The notes below the pieces were generated by a model. It worked only from the letters and a program-made list of their open reading frames with translations. It had not been told where the DNA came from and did not search any database. From contig MU058584.1 in the NCBI GenBank assembly GCA_013265495.1, forward strand, positions 1,958,616 through 2,022,615: a stretch of DNA of 64,000 nt, given 5' to 3'. This stretch comes from Vicugna vicugna (lineage: Eukaryota). Position numbers and translations under genes: made by a program. The stretch's first letter is position 1. Each line of letters begins with the position of its first letter. Shown here piece after piece: positions 26,597-38,283 of the stretch.

Positions 26597-26690
26597 TCCT
26601 GTTCTCAAGGACTTGTGCGCCAAGCACGCCGGCTCAGCGTCCCCCTGCAAATGGAAAACTATGCTTTTGACTTGACACGATGACTATATG
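26597..26690 (-). other. Candidate non-coding exon of an unidentified minus-strand transcript
   Basis: Acceptor gttttgttgtttttctgtttaatttttctttgcag|CAT and donor GGA|gtaagt; stops in all three frames. Confidence 0.35.
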
Positions 26691-26869
26691 CTGCAAAGAA
26701 AAATTAAACAGAAAAACAACAAAACAGGCTAAGTGAGGTATATCAGGTGCTTACTTGCTGCAGAGCTTAGAGTAACTCAACTTCATAATTCTGTATCATA
26801 AGGTCAACAGTTCATTTTGATTTGTTCACATTCTCTCTTTGCTGGGAAAAATGCTGACCCATCCCTTTC

Positions 26870-27090
26870 TCACTCTTTGTCTCTCTCTCTCATGCGTCTG
26901 TCTCTTTCTGTCTCTAACTCCTTCTGGTGCAGAGTATCTTTCGCCCTTCCCTCCCCCTTCCCTTTCCCCTTCTTTCATCTTCTCCTTCCTTTTCTTCTTC
27001 TCCTCCTCCCCTTTCTCTCTTCTTCCTCCTCCTCCTCTTCCCCCTCCTTCTTCTTCTTCTTCTTCCTGCTCTCTCCCTCTCTCTTACTTC
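26870..27090. repeat. Polypyrimidine low-complexity tract (CT, CTT, CCT units)
   Basis: Near-pure C/T run on the + strand, adjacent to the tail end of an antisense L1. Confidence 0.9.
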
Positions 27091-27094
27091 AGTT

Positions 27095-27860
27095 TTTAAA
27101 TAAACTTCAGTAAGCTATAATTTACATACCCAAAGACATCCTTTTTAAGTATCCATTTCGATGAATCTTGACAAACAGATACACTTTGGTAGCCAGCACC
27201 ACAATCAAGATACACAACATTACTGTCACCCCAGAAGTTCCCCTGTGCCCTTTCCTAAGTTGTTCCCCTATCTCTGACCCAAGGTAACCACTGAGATGCT
27301 TCTCACCAATAGAGAGTTGATTGACTTTTCTAGATTTTCCACTAAATGGAGTCATACAGTAGATACCCATTTTTGCCTGTCATCTTCTACTCAGAGCAAT
27401 GAATTTTAGATTCAGACATGTTGCAGGTACCAGGTTCAATCCTTATTTGCTGAAGAGTGTTCCATCGTGTTAATACCTGCATCATATGGTGAAAGTATGT
27501 TTAACTTTATCAGAAATCAGACTGTTTCAAAATGGCTACACCACTTTCCATTGCTACCAGCAGTGAATGAGAATTTCATTTGTTTGAAATCCTTGCCAAC
27601 TCTATACCGTCAGACCTTTTAATTTTTGTCATCCTAATGTACATATGCTGGTAAAACATCATGATTTTCATTTTTTTTTCCTGGTGAGCAATTATGTTGC
27701 CCCTATTTTGACATGATTAATGATCATTCATTTCTTCTGTGAAGTCTTCTATTCAAATCATTTGCCCATTTTTATTAGTTTGTTTGTCTTCTTTGAATTG
27801 AATTGTAAGAGTTCTTTATGTATCATGGATGCAGATTTTTCATCAGATATAAATAGCAAC
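27095..27860 (-). mobile_element. L1MB-type 3' end
   Basis: tataatttacatacc...agccagcaccacaatcaagatacacaacatt...aggtaaccactg...aaatggagtcatacagta. Confidence 0.85.
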
Positions 27861-28191
27861 AGTCAAACATTTATTTTTAATTAAATTAGCAAACTTTAAA
27901 AATAGCATTACTGGTCACAGAATTCTAAAAATCTAAAATAAATCTCTCAATAAGCATTGTTTTTGAGGAACCTCTGAATTCCCAGCTTCAGGACAAAAAT
28001 TCCCATTTTTTAGCATCAAAATTTTTTCTCTGACACTTGCTGTTTAATTTTTTCTACAGAAATATGTGTTTGGGCAAATGAATTTAACGTTGAAATACTG
28101 GGGTTGTGAGACTGGACACCAAGTTTTAGTGTATTCTGTAGAAAAGCCACCTGCACGACAGTTTTTTGTTTGTTTAAATTCCCACTTATAC

Positions 28192-28405
28192 AGGGGTTCA
28201 TAAACTTTGTCTGCAGAGAGTCTGATAGTAAATATTTCAGCAGGAAGAGTCATAAGGTCCCTTTTGCAACTACTCAACTCTGCCTTTATATGGCGGAGAA
28301 TGTATTGTCATAGACAATACAGGAATGGATGGATGTGCCTGTGTTCTAAGAAAGACTTATTTACAAAAACAAATGGTAGGTTTGATTTGGCTTCCTGACC
28401 CATGC
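28192..28405. mobile_element. MER58A hAT-Charlie MITE
   Basis: caggggttcataaacttt...gatagtaaatattt...gcaactactcaactctgcc...tttacaaaaaca...gatttggc. Confidence 0.88.
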
Positions 28406-28415
28406 TGTGGTATAA

Positions 28416-28417
<2 letters not shown>

Positions 28418-28459
<42 letters not shown>
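28418..28459. repeat. (CA)n microsatellite
   Basis: About 20 consecutive CA units. Confidence 0.97.
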
Positions 28460-28464
<5 letters not shown>

Positions 28465-29329
28465 ATGTCACAAATAGCGAAAAGAAGGAAAAAGTTTAGT
28501 TTAATTTTGCAAATTATATCCCTAACAGCTCTCTCGGTGCCGCTGCAAAATTGGTCAGACTCTAGCGCTATTGATGCAAACTCTCCAGTTCAACCTCAGT
28601 GTCATTCAGTTAAATTTATAGAGAAAACATTTCTGTTGTAAGGTCACAAACTGCGGTCTTAACTCTGATCAGCTCTCACATAAATCTGTGCCCGTCATCA
28701 CAGGGGAAATTGGTGGATCAATTCAAACCTACCACTCCCATCAGGAAAGTCAATGTAAATGCACGTGAGGCTGAAAGAGCAGAAGCAACACTTTAGCTGA
28801 AGGAACACTCGGAATCTGTAAAACTCCCACGTTGAAATCATGTGCGTATTATTTACAGTGAGCCTGTATGTTTATAAGCAAATTACTCTAAAATGCTCAC
28901 GTTTTTTAGGACCCAGTAATCTCCCTTTGATCCATCTTTACATGCCATAACACCTACAGGCATTTAATGAGTGATCAGTCGTCACTGTTTGAATGTGTAT
29001 GTTCTCAAATATTACCTGTTGTCCAAAACTCACTGAGCATGGGACCCAACTGGTATAATATTAATTCCATTTTACTACCCTAAACTGGTTCCTCATCCTG
29101 AGGCTCTTAATTCTATTGTCTCTACCAAGATATTTCTATTTGTCTAGCTGAAATCCTGCTTTGTCCCAGATGGCACAAGAATCAGTGGAAGTGAGAGCTT
29201 ACCTGGGGACAGCCCTGGTGAGTCCGTAGTCCGGAGAACCCAAGATGATTAGAGATATCTCATTCCTTATTAGTTTTTAATCTCTAGTTTTAGAACCAAT
29301 GCTTGTTTTTTCTTCTTATAATAAGCATT

Positions 29330-29465
29330 TATAAGACTTATCTCTTTTGACGTTTACAACAAAAAGTCATTAACCGTTATTATTCTAATGTTAAATGAGG
29401 AAACCCAGGCTCAGAGAGGTTAGGCAACTCCTACGTTTAGGTAGGTCATTAAAGTGGGGCCTGAT
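29330..29465 (-). mobile_element. MIR SINE, interrupted at its right end by an L1 fragment
   Basis: ttaaatgaggaaacccaggctcagagaggttagg. Confidence 0.75.
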
Positions 29466-29582
29466 TCAGGTGTACAGCAAAGTGATTCAGCTATACACAT
29501 ACCTACATAAGAGGAAAGGGCAGGTGAAGGATAAATTAGGAGTTTGGGATTAACAGATACATACCACAATGTATAAAATGAG
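29466..29582. mobile_element. Short chimeric L1 3'UTR fragment with internal inversion
   Basis: 29466-29508 is antisense to the L1 terminal motif (compare 44530-44560); 29509-29582 is sense to an upstream 3'UTR motif (compare 5510-5570). Confidence 0.8.
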
Positions 29583-31619
29583 CCAAGGTTTTAACTCAGT
29601 AAGGGAGAGTTCCAGGACTTGAGGACCTTGCAGTCTAGTAGAATAACCTGAGCACATGCGAAAGCCAAGCAATAAAGTCAAATGTGTGCAATGAATGAAG
29701 TACCTACAGGGAACATCTGAGTCACAACAGAATAGTGGAGCCTGTAGGCTCAGAACAGAATGAAAAGCTTTATTTACTTATTTTTCTTTAAATCAGCATA
29801 ACTTCTAGACCAACATTCAGCTTAGCTCTTGCTTGGAAGTCTTGTGTATCGAGCACTCAAGCACATGAATTGGCATCAGGAAGAAAAACGTGAAAGAAAC
29901 ACGAGGTCGGGGCCTGGAAACAATGGCACAAAGGTGATGGGGCAGCTGGGGTCAGCACAGGGAGGTTGGGGCAAGATGAGCTTCTTATGATCTTGAAACT
30001 GGGACTCTGGTATCACTTTAGTCCTTGATATCATGTTATTTCTCTCTCTCCCTTGAGCTCATAAGGATGACCATTCTACAGACAGAATAAGAGTTAAAAT
30101 GATGTCATGGGAGCCTCTAGCTGTCCAGTGTGTCTTAGTTTTGGGGGTTCACAAATATTGGTCAAAACTGTCTGGACCATGAAGGACAGGGTAGGCTATT
30201 AAAAACAGGGAATCCTGCGATTCTTAAAGACCAGGACCACAGGTGGAGATGACCTGCTGACACCCACAGTCTCACAGAGTCTCTGAGAACCTCAAGAAGC
30301 CTCCTCATCCTGTAGTGGCACCTTTTGTCAAATACTTCACACGTTTGTCACCAAAATGTTTTGGCAGAAGCATCATCTTTAGGTTTTGACATAATCCCGA
30401 AGAGAGACTTTTTCAATTATTACTAATGGAACATTACGCTCCTCTTTGGGAACTTCTGCATGAATAAAAAGGGTCATTAATGACATCTCTGCTCAGCCCG
30501 GAAATCATTAGTCAGTGCTTGGTGCTGGGATTTTTTTTAAAAGCACCTCATAATTTCCCACTCCCCCACCACCTCTCCAACTCAAATAGCAAGTTATTGA
30601 GTTGCCTATAATAAAGTTGGTGGTATTGATTCCCTGCAGGTGAATGCTATTTATTCTCCATTGTTTTGTTTCCCGTATTACATAATAATATCTCACATGC
30701 CTATGACACTTTTCATCCTGAAGTGTTTTGCCAGTTCTGTGATGCTTTCTGACACCTGGTAATACGAACTGATTTGAGGGAGGCTCCTATGTTCACTCGC
30801 ACATGTGAAAGACGAACTCAGGCTACTGAAACACTGTACCAGAAGGGTCTGCCTATCTAATGCGAGTTGTAGGACCGCGGTTAAGCAACACTTACGGCTA
30901 CCGAATGGCCAACTCAACATCGCAGCCCAGTCAAGGAAAAGGGCGATCGTTTTAAAGATTTGCTTAAATTATCCACAAAATGATTCGCACCATTGAGCCT
31001 ATACCAACGTAGACTTCTGAAGGTCTAAAAATGTTAAATTGACCATCATACCTCTTACTTCAGCTAACAAATCTACAAGGTAGACAACTCTGGTTGATTG
31101 GTTGGACTAATGATTCTTAATCTCTTTTCCATAATGTGTTCAAATATACAAGATAGATAAAAGAAGGTATGAGTTAAGTACGTTTCCTAGTATCATTCGA
31201 AGCATTTTTTTCCAACACGTGAAAATTTATGGGACTACAATGAGCAGAATGATTATAATAGGACAACCCTGAACCTACTCTGATTTATGCAAAAAGAAAG
31301 TCAGCCACACACTTTGTCCCTTTACTAGCAGTAAGCATTTGCACTTGCTCCACCTCATGACACACCAGTAACAAAACATATTAGCAAAAATTGCTGGTTA
31401 TATTGAAAATGGTGAGCATATTATTTCAGTATCAATGAAATTCATTGATTCCTTCTGCCCCCACCATCTCCAGTGATAGTTTTATACAGGAAAACAAAAA
31501 TGTTGTCTGTATGTGTAGCTATAATTTAAAAATATTAAAAAGAAACAAGGGTTGTCTTTACAGCAAGAAGAGCTTTCAAGACTAAAAACAGAATCATGTC
31601 TAGAAAACGTAGTACAGTG

Positions 31620-31880
31620 TCATTGATAAGAGCACATCTCTGGAGCAGATCACTCAAGTTTGAATCCTCCTTCTGATATATATTGGCTGTGTGATCTTGG
31701 GCAACCTGTTTAAACTTCTCTTCCTCTTCTGTAACATGAGAATAATAATAGCACATACCTTATAAATTTGCTGCTGTATGGATGACATATAAACTGGGAA
31801 AAAAATAAATAAATAAAGCAATTGGAACACTGCTTCAGACATACATAGTAAGTACTCAATAAATATGAACTTTTATTATC
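31620..31880 (+). mobile_element. MIR SINE, near full length
   Basis: gataagagcacatctctggagcaga...gctgtgtgatcttgggcaa...catagtaagtactcaataaat. Confidence 0.88.
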
Positions 31881-32359
31881 ATCTCATGGTTGAAGTCAAC
31901 TGCGAAAGAATGGGTGATATTGATAGGGTGGTGAATCATTTTTACTTTTACTTGAAAATCTCAAATACATGCAAATAACGACTTCTAACATTGGAATGAA
32001 ACCATGAGAAAAATGGAAAGCTGGAGATTGCTTTTTTTTTTTGCTTGAATTCATTCTCCACTTAAATCAAAGAACCACTCTATGGGTAAATACAGTTGTC
32101 TGAGTTGACAGAGGTAAGATGGAATAAGGAGATTAAACTATAAACACACACACACACACACATACACATTTATATCCAGTTTGTTTATTTACTAATTTAG
32201 CACCATTTCTAGATTCACTGTTACATACTATGTAGAGAAGAGTATCTTGAAAGTTACAATTTCCAGACCAAATCAGACAAATACATGACATTCACTACAC
32301 TTACACTACATATCATACATAAGTAGAACTTAACATAGCAAAATGTGAAATAGATGACA

Positions 32360-32881
32360 CACCACTTAGGAATGACTGTGACATACTAGGAACAGAAATT
32401 AGAGATGCGTGGCTTAAACGAGGTAAAAGTTTGTCATTCATTTCTGTATCTCTGTATCAGGGCCAGTGTACTAGGCTTCAAAGCCCAGTATCATCATCAA
32501 GGACCCAGTTTCCTCCTGATTTTCTGTTCTGCCATCTTTAGCATGCAGCTTCAATTCTCAAGATCACCTCCAAGACCAAAGTGACTCCTGGAGCTACAGC
32601 CATTAGGTCACATTCCAAGCAAGAAATGCTGAAAAGATGGAAAAGACAAAAAGTTTAAACCAGTTGTAGACCCTCCTCTTAAGGAACTTCTCAGAAGACC
32701 AACTCACCATCTTCCACTTCAGCCTCCTTGGTCAGCACTCAGTCATGGGGCCACACCTAGCTCCCATAAAAGCTAGGCAATGTAGTTTTTCAGTTGGGTA
32801 CATTACCATCCTGAATAAATTTGGATCTGGTGCTGAGGAGAATGTGGGCTCTTGAATATGTTATTTGCAGCCTCTGCCACA
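32360..32881 (-). mobile_element. MLT1J-like MaLR solo LTR
   Basis: Ends gcagcctctgccaca (reverse complement of the TGTGGCAGAGGCTGC start); internal catcaaggacccag...ctgccatctttagc. Confidence 0.8.
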
Positions 32882-32980
32882 TTCAGGTTGTTAAGAAAAT
32901 GTCTAGGATATGAACTTCTGTTTATCAAATTTTAAGTTTAAGATTTCTGGTTTGCAATTTTATATATTCCAACTGTAAAT

Positions 32981-32981
<1 letters not shown>

Positions 32982-33048
<67 letters not shown>
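32982..33048. repeat. Compound tetranucleotide STR (TAGA)12(CAGA)4
   Basis: Counted directly from the sequence. Confidence 0.97.
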
Positions 33049-33054
33049 TTTTTT

Positions 33055-33200
33055 GGCAAAATATATTCAACAAATGTTAGTTGAGCACTTAGTGTATGCA
33101 CTACATTATAGTAGATGCTAGGAATACACAGTAAACAAAATAATGATGTCCTTCAATTTGCTTAGACTTTAGATAGGCATGTAGACAAGTTAACTGCTAA
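33055..33200 (-). mobile_element. L2 3' end
   Basis: attcaacaaatgttagttgagcacttagtgtatgc...gatgctaggaatacacagtaaacaaaa. Confidence 0.75.
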
Positions 33201-33759
33201 TTGCAATCAAAACTGTTAAGGAAAAACTTGGGTGTTCCACTTTTGCCAAGACAGCATTAGGAATTCCATGACTATGAAACTGGTGGAAAAAAATTTTTTT
33301 GGAAAAACTATCTGGAGTTGGTCCTAAGGGTATATAGCAGAAGAAGGAACATTTAGTCAAGAAAATCTACTAAAATTTGACAAGAACAGCAACACTCTGT
33401 GATATTTAATCCAAGATCTGCTTCCTCCCTTCCTCCTCTCGACTCAGTGAGAGTGATGAAGGCAAGAACACACGGCTTCCCGTCCACCCAGCTCCCAGGT
33501 GGAGGGCTAGCTCCCCAAGAATGGCAGGATGTCAGCATTTCTCATCCTGTTCCAAGCTACTTCTTGCCAAGGCCAGGGCAGCCAATCTGGGGGCTCGCCT
33601 CATCTATCTAGCTCCAACTTATGAAATGGAGGCTCTCCACTGGAGTGGCCAAGCATACTGGGGTCCCAGTGTCCCTTGCCCCAGCTCATGTGGTGAGAGG
33701 TTCACACTCAGAGAGACAAGCTGAGGCGACTGCCCTACGTTTGCCAAGTACTCAAAGTA

Positions 33760-34430
33760 GCCATAAAAAGTACATTCAAAGAACCAAAGAGAATCATAAT
33801 GTGAAAAATCAAAGGAAAGTGTGATGACAAGTTCACATCAAATAAAGAATATCAATAAAGAGACAGAAATTTAAAAAAAAAAGAAAGAAAGAAATTCTGA
33901 AGTGGGAAAGGATGATAATTAAAATTGAAAATTCAATAAAGGGGCCCAACAGTGGATGTGAACTGGAAAAGAATTAGTGAAGTGGAGGATGGACTGACAG
34001 AGATTACCCTAGCCAAAGAGCAGAGGGAAAAAAAATGAAGAAAAATGAACAGAGACTCAGAGAAATGTACCATTAAGAACAGCAGTATATGCATAATAGT
34101 ATTACCAGAAGGAGAGGAGAGAGAGAGAGAAAGGAGTGAAAAAAAAATTCAAAGAAATAATGACTGAAATGTATTGGAAAACATTAATTTACACATTCAC
34201 TGCAAAGAAGGCAAGTGGGAGAAAAAACTGTACTGGACTAAGGAAATGACCACAGATGGTAACTCAAATACACAGGATCAAATTAAAAGACCCGGAAATG
34301 ATCATTAAGAATGATAATATAACAAGAGCATAAATCCCTATTTCCTTTCCTTTCTTCTCTCCATCTTCTCTAAAGGTCATAAAAGTATACAAAGTAATAA
34401 TTACAACAATGTATTTATTTATAGGTGGAC
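33760..34430 (+). mobile_element. Ancient L1 ORF1-region remnant
   Basis: gaattagtgaagtggaggat...aaatgaagaaaaatgaacagagactcagagaaatg...ccagaaggagaggagagagag resembles the L1 ORF1 coiled-coil region; no open frame. Confidence 0.7.
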
Positions 34431-34639
34431 AACAACTAACAATGATATCACAAAACTGGGATTTTTTCTTAGATAAACACTGGTGACATATTTAGCAACT
34501 GGGCTGCCATGCTGGCCTGGGACCATCCTTTTCACACATGTTTCTCGGGATGGAGAACTTCTTTCCATCTGGGCAATGAATAAACCTGTTCTAAAGCCCC
34601 ATCTTACTGTCTGCTTCCTTGGAGCACTCCTAATACTGC

Positions 34640-35090
34640 TTTCATCCATTTGGAATCTCTAAGAAGTAGATGCCATCATGAGATGAGATGAATAAAACAT
34701 TTATCGGGGGAACGGCCCATGAAGGGTAAAGGCAGGGAGAGCACACAGACATGATGCAAGCCTTACATAAGTGAAAGACGAGAGAGGAGGAAAACTTGGG
34801 TAAGAAGAACTTCAGATGACAGAGTTCTCAGATCGTCTTGGCCAGACCAATGGGAGTCCCTGACCAAAATTATCCATTAGCAGAATCCCGTGTCAGGAAG
34901 GAATGGCCTGGTCCTAGGAACACCACCTTGCTCAGTCATTGGCTGAGAACAGCCTGTGGGAAGTGTGACTTGAGACGGGATGCCACAGAGGGTCCAAAGG
35001 AGCAGCAGCTGGAGGAGGTTCATGAACGATGTTCCTGCAGCAGGTCCTTTCGGAGGAAGATCTAAGCAGGGCGTTTCCAAGGCCACCACC
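34640..35090 (-). mobile_element. ERVL-class solo LTR (LTR16-type, subfamily uncertain)
   Basis: ttggccagaccaatggg...gctcagtcattggctgagaacagcc...gcagcagctggagg...gatctaagc...ggccacc. Confidence 0.7.
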
Positions 35091-36082
35091 AGGCAAGGCT
35101 TTTCTCCCTCATAAATCCATTGCAGCCCCTATTAAAATGCTCACAGGGCTGCTCCCAATTGTTTTTACTTGTAAGATCACTTTATGATACATTACACTAT
35201 TGTCAGTTATACACTAAAGTCATGCTCACATGGCATTTGAAAAGTCAGTGCTGGATTTATAGAAAAGAATAAAATGACAGAGTTCATCCAAGTGCCTCGG
35301 AGCATTTTGTCAAAGCTCTGGGCTGTTCAGCCAAGCTGGAGGCTGCACAGTGCCGAGCCCCGCTGCCAGGATTACACAGACAGTGAGCACCGCGTGATAC
35401 TTCAAACGGCTCTCTCATCAGTGCGTGCCCTTGGTCACAGGGGGTACCTGTCCAGGGGTTATTCAACACAAACTTACCCTTTAATCACAAAGCTTGTTAG
35501 CGCTCTACCAGGGGCAAAAGCTGGGTCTACTAATGACCAAGATCAGCAGTTCTTCTGCGTGGCTCTGCTTCCAAAATGTAAATGCAGACACAGCCATCCC
35601 CTTGCCTGTGTTCTTTTTCTCCCAGTAAAAGATATCACTGGTTTCATTAATGGAGACCAACAGACAATCATTCCAAGAAATCTTATTTTACATTCATCCT
35701 GCCTTGACTTCAAATGAATGTCTCTTACATCACTGTCCTACATCCCAGGTTCACAAGGTGGTGGCCTGTGTGCAGTGGGTACTCCCTATTCTCAAAGAAG
35801 AAGGGACAATTAGCCCTTATTCAGGGAGGATATCAGGCAGCCCTGATCTGTCATCGTGTGTTAATGACCTCATTAGATGAAAACCTGTTCCAGGAGGCCT
35901 AATTTAAAGTGGCTTGTGATTGTCTTCAGAGTCCTTATTATGAAAAACTCACAAAGGGAACAGCCAGAGTCAGTTTCCCTGAAGGAAGGGTGAGCACACG
36001 ATGGAAAACCTCCCCCCACCCCTGCCTCTTGACAAACTCCAATGAGGCAAGAGATACCGTAGAGATTCCATGTTTAAAACGC

Positions 36083-36240
36083 GGGAGGAGGTATAGCTCA
36101 GGGGTAGGGCACATGCCTAGCATGCATCAAGGTCCTGGGTTCAATCCCCAGTCCCTCCTTTGGAAAAAAAAAAAGAAAGAAAGAAAAACCTAATTACCTC
36201 CTCCCCACCAAAAAATAATTAATTAATTAATTAATTTAAA
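36083..36240 (+). mobile_element. Camelid tRNA-derived SINE (Vic-1-like)
   Basis: tRNA-like head with A box tagctcagggg and B box ggttcaatccc, then an A-rich linker, aacctaattacctcctccccacc and an A/T tail; a second copy lies at 49194. Confidence 0.88.
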
Positions 36241-36264
36241 TCAGGTATTAAAGTCAATATGCTC

Positions 36265-36720
36265 GCATAGTAACCATAACTGTTTGGGTTCTGAGTGAAA
36301 GAAAAGTTCCTCAACTAAACTTTAACTGAAAAAGAGAAGCCCAGGGACCTGGCTGGCGTCAGGCCTAGCTGACTGGTGGAAGCCAGCACTGTCATTTTTC
36401 TCACACTCTTTCTCTTTTTCTTCTTCCCCTGAATGGGTCTGATTCTGATTTCCACTTTTCCCACGTGCTGGCCAAGAAGGTTTATCCGGTCCTTGGGGCT
36501 CATTACTCTGGCCACACTAGTGTTCACACAGAGAGCCGGCAATGATGGTTTGTCCAGAGAGGTATCTGATGCTCCCACGGCTACATCCTGGATGAAGCAG
36601 ACAGAAAGAGTTCCTCGCTTATCAAGCACAAGCTTTGCCCCAGGGTCTCCATCACACTAACTTGAGTCATTGGACCAGGGATTGGGGCCTGTTCCAGAAT
36701 CAGTCACTTAACAGGCTGGT
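36265..36720 (-). mobile_element. Old MLT1-type LTR remnant (MLT1K/L-like)
   Basis: tttgggttctgagtgaaagaaaa...cccagggacctggc...aacttgagtcatt. Confidence 0.5.
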
Positions 36721-37308
36721 CAGCGTTTATGAAGTGGCCTCACGTGAGAAATCTGCCAACCATGGCTCTTGATACTGTACACGATTCAGTAAGATCTTCA
36801 TCTCTCCTAAAGAATTTGCCAAAGAACATGCAACTACACAGTGAGCAGGGAAGAAGAAACAAACATAAGCAATCACAGACTGAAGGCATGGAGCCCTAGA
36901 AGACATTTGGCAAAAACCAAAAATGGACTGGAGAGAAGAAGAAGAGAAGTGGCCAGGTCAAGGCAAAGGTAGAAATATAAGCAGAGACAGGCAGAAGCTG
37001 AGAGTCAGGAGCAGCAAGGGCATGATTTTGAGGGAAAAAAATACTGGTGTTTCTCGTGATCTTAGAGCTGCTGTTTACTCTGTAATGGATGAACCGCATT
37101 CAATTCTTTTGACTGTGGTGCTCAGGAAAAAGGTTTCTGTGTTTATTTATCTGTGTATCCTCATAATAAGCTGCTGCCAACAGCGGTAATCTGAATGTGT
37201 CTCTGTCTCTTGAAACCTGGAAGAGCATTACATCAATCTTGATTCTCTAAGAGAAAAGTGCTTTCAAGCAAATTTGTTCTAAGGGAAATTGGGCCTTGCT
37301 TCAGCTGG

Positions 37309-37822
37309 NNNNNNNNNNNNNNNNNNNNNNNNNNNNNNNNNNNNNNNNNNNNNNNNNNNNNNNNNNNNNNNNNNNNNNNNNNNNNNNNNNNNNNNNNNNN
37401 NNNNNNNNNNNNNNNNNNNNNNNNNNNNNNNNNNNNNNNNNNNNNNNNNNNNNNNNNNNNNNNNNNNNNNNNNNNNNNNNNNNNNNNNNNNNNNNNNNNN
37501 NNNNNNNNNNNNNNNNNNNNNNNNNNNNNNNNNNNNNNNNNNNNNNNNNNNNNNNNNNNNNNNNNNNNNNNNNNNNNNNNNNNNNNNNNNNNNNNNNNNN
37601 NNNNNNNNNNNNNNNNNNNNNNNNNNNNNNNNNNNNNNNNNNNNNNNNNNNNNNNNNNNNNNNNNNNNNNNNNNNNNNNNNNNNNNNNNNNNNNNNNNNN
37701 NNNNNNNNNNNNNNNNNNNNNNNNNNNNNNNNNNNNNNNNNNNNNNNNNNNNNNNNNNNNNNNNNNNNNNNNNNNNNNNNNNNNNNNNNNNNNNNNNNNN
37801 NNNNNNNNNNNNNNNNNNNNNN
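37309..37822. other. Assembly gap (N run)
   Basis: Run of N. Confidence 1.
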
Positions 37823-37886
37823 TGATGGCAGTGGTAGGGGAGGTGGTGACTGTGGTGGTGGTGATGGCAGTGGTGACAGTGGCACT
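37823..37886. repeat. (TGG)/(GGCAGT)-rich degenerate repeat running into the gap
   Basis: tgatggcagtggt...tgtggtggtggtgatggcagtggtgacagtggc. Confidence 0.8.
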
Positions 37887-38283
37887 GATTTAGGCACTGG
37901 CCCCTGCTAATTGATGAAAGCTCAGGTCCGGGTGAGGAAAGGACTTCTCCAGTGCAGTATCATGCAGAAAGTATGAAGGAATCTTCCTTTCTAGTCTAAT
38001 TCTGTTCTCTGTGTTCATTCCTAGCAGCAGAATCGTGTGAAAGAAGGGAGGGAAAATGCACCATAGGCGTCCCGTGACTCACATGCAACCTTGTGAAGAG
38101 TAAGGGAGAAGAGAGGGGAGATACACTTCACTGCAACGTGGAAAGGAAAACACCCATGTCCTAGAACAATAGATTACACCCAATATACTATTTCTAAATT
38201 TGGAAATAAAATTCCTAATGACCAAATATGACCAAATTCTCATTATGAACAAGGTCATTTCCTACATCTGCCCAGTGCAACGT

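Noticed and set aside
35274-35717. 147-aa ORF, and likewise those at 58493-58993, 45565-45954, 16935-17363 and 40410-40700
   Set aside because: No recognisable domain or coherent exon structure; such lengths are expected by chance in six frames of 64 kb.
36083-36160. tRNA gene (also at 49194)
   Set aside because: No intact cloverleaf, and the head is followed by a SINE body and tail, so it is a tRNA-derived SINE.
37258-37910. Long ORFs (178-211 aa) here, and similar ones at 23994-24245, 39282-39965 and 58839-59462
   Set aside because: They are long only because they read through N gaps (X residues).
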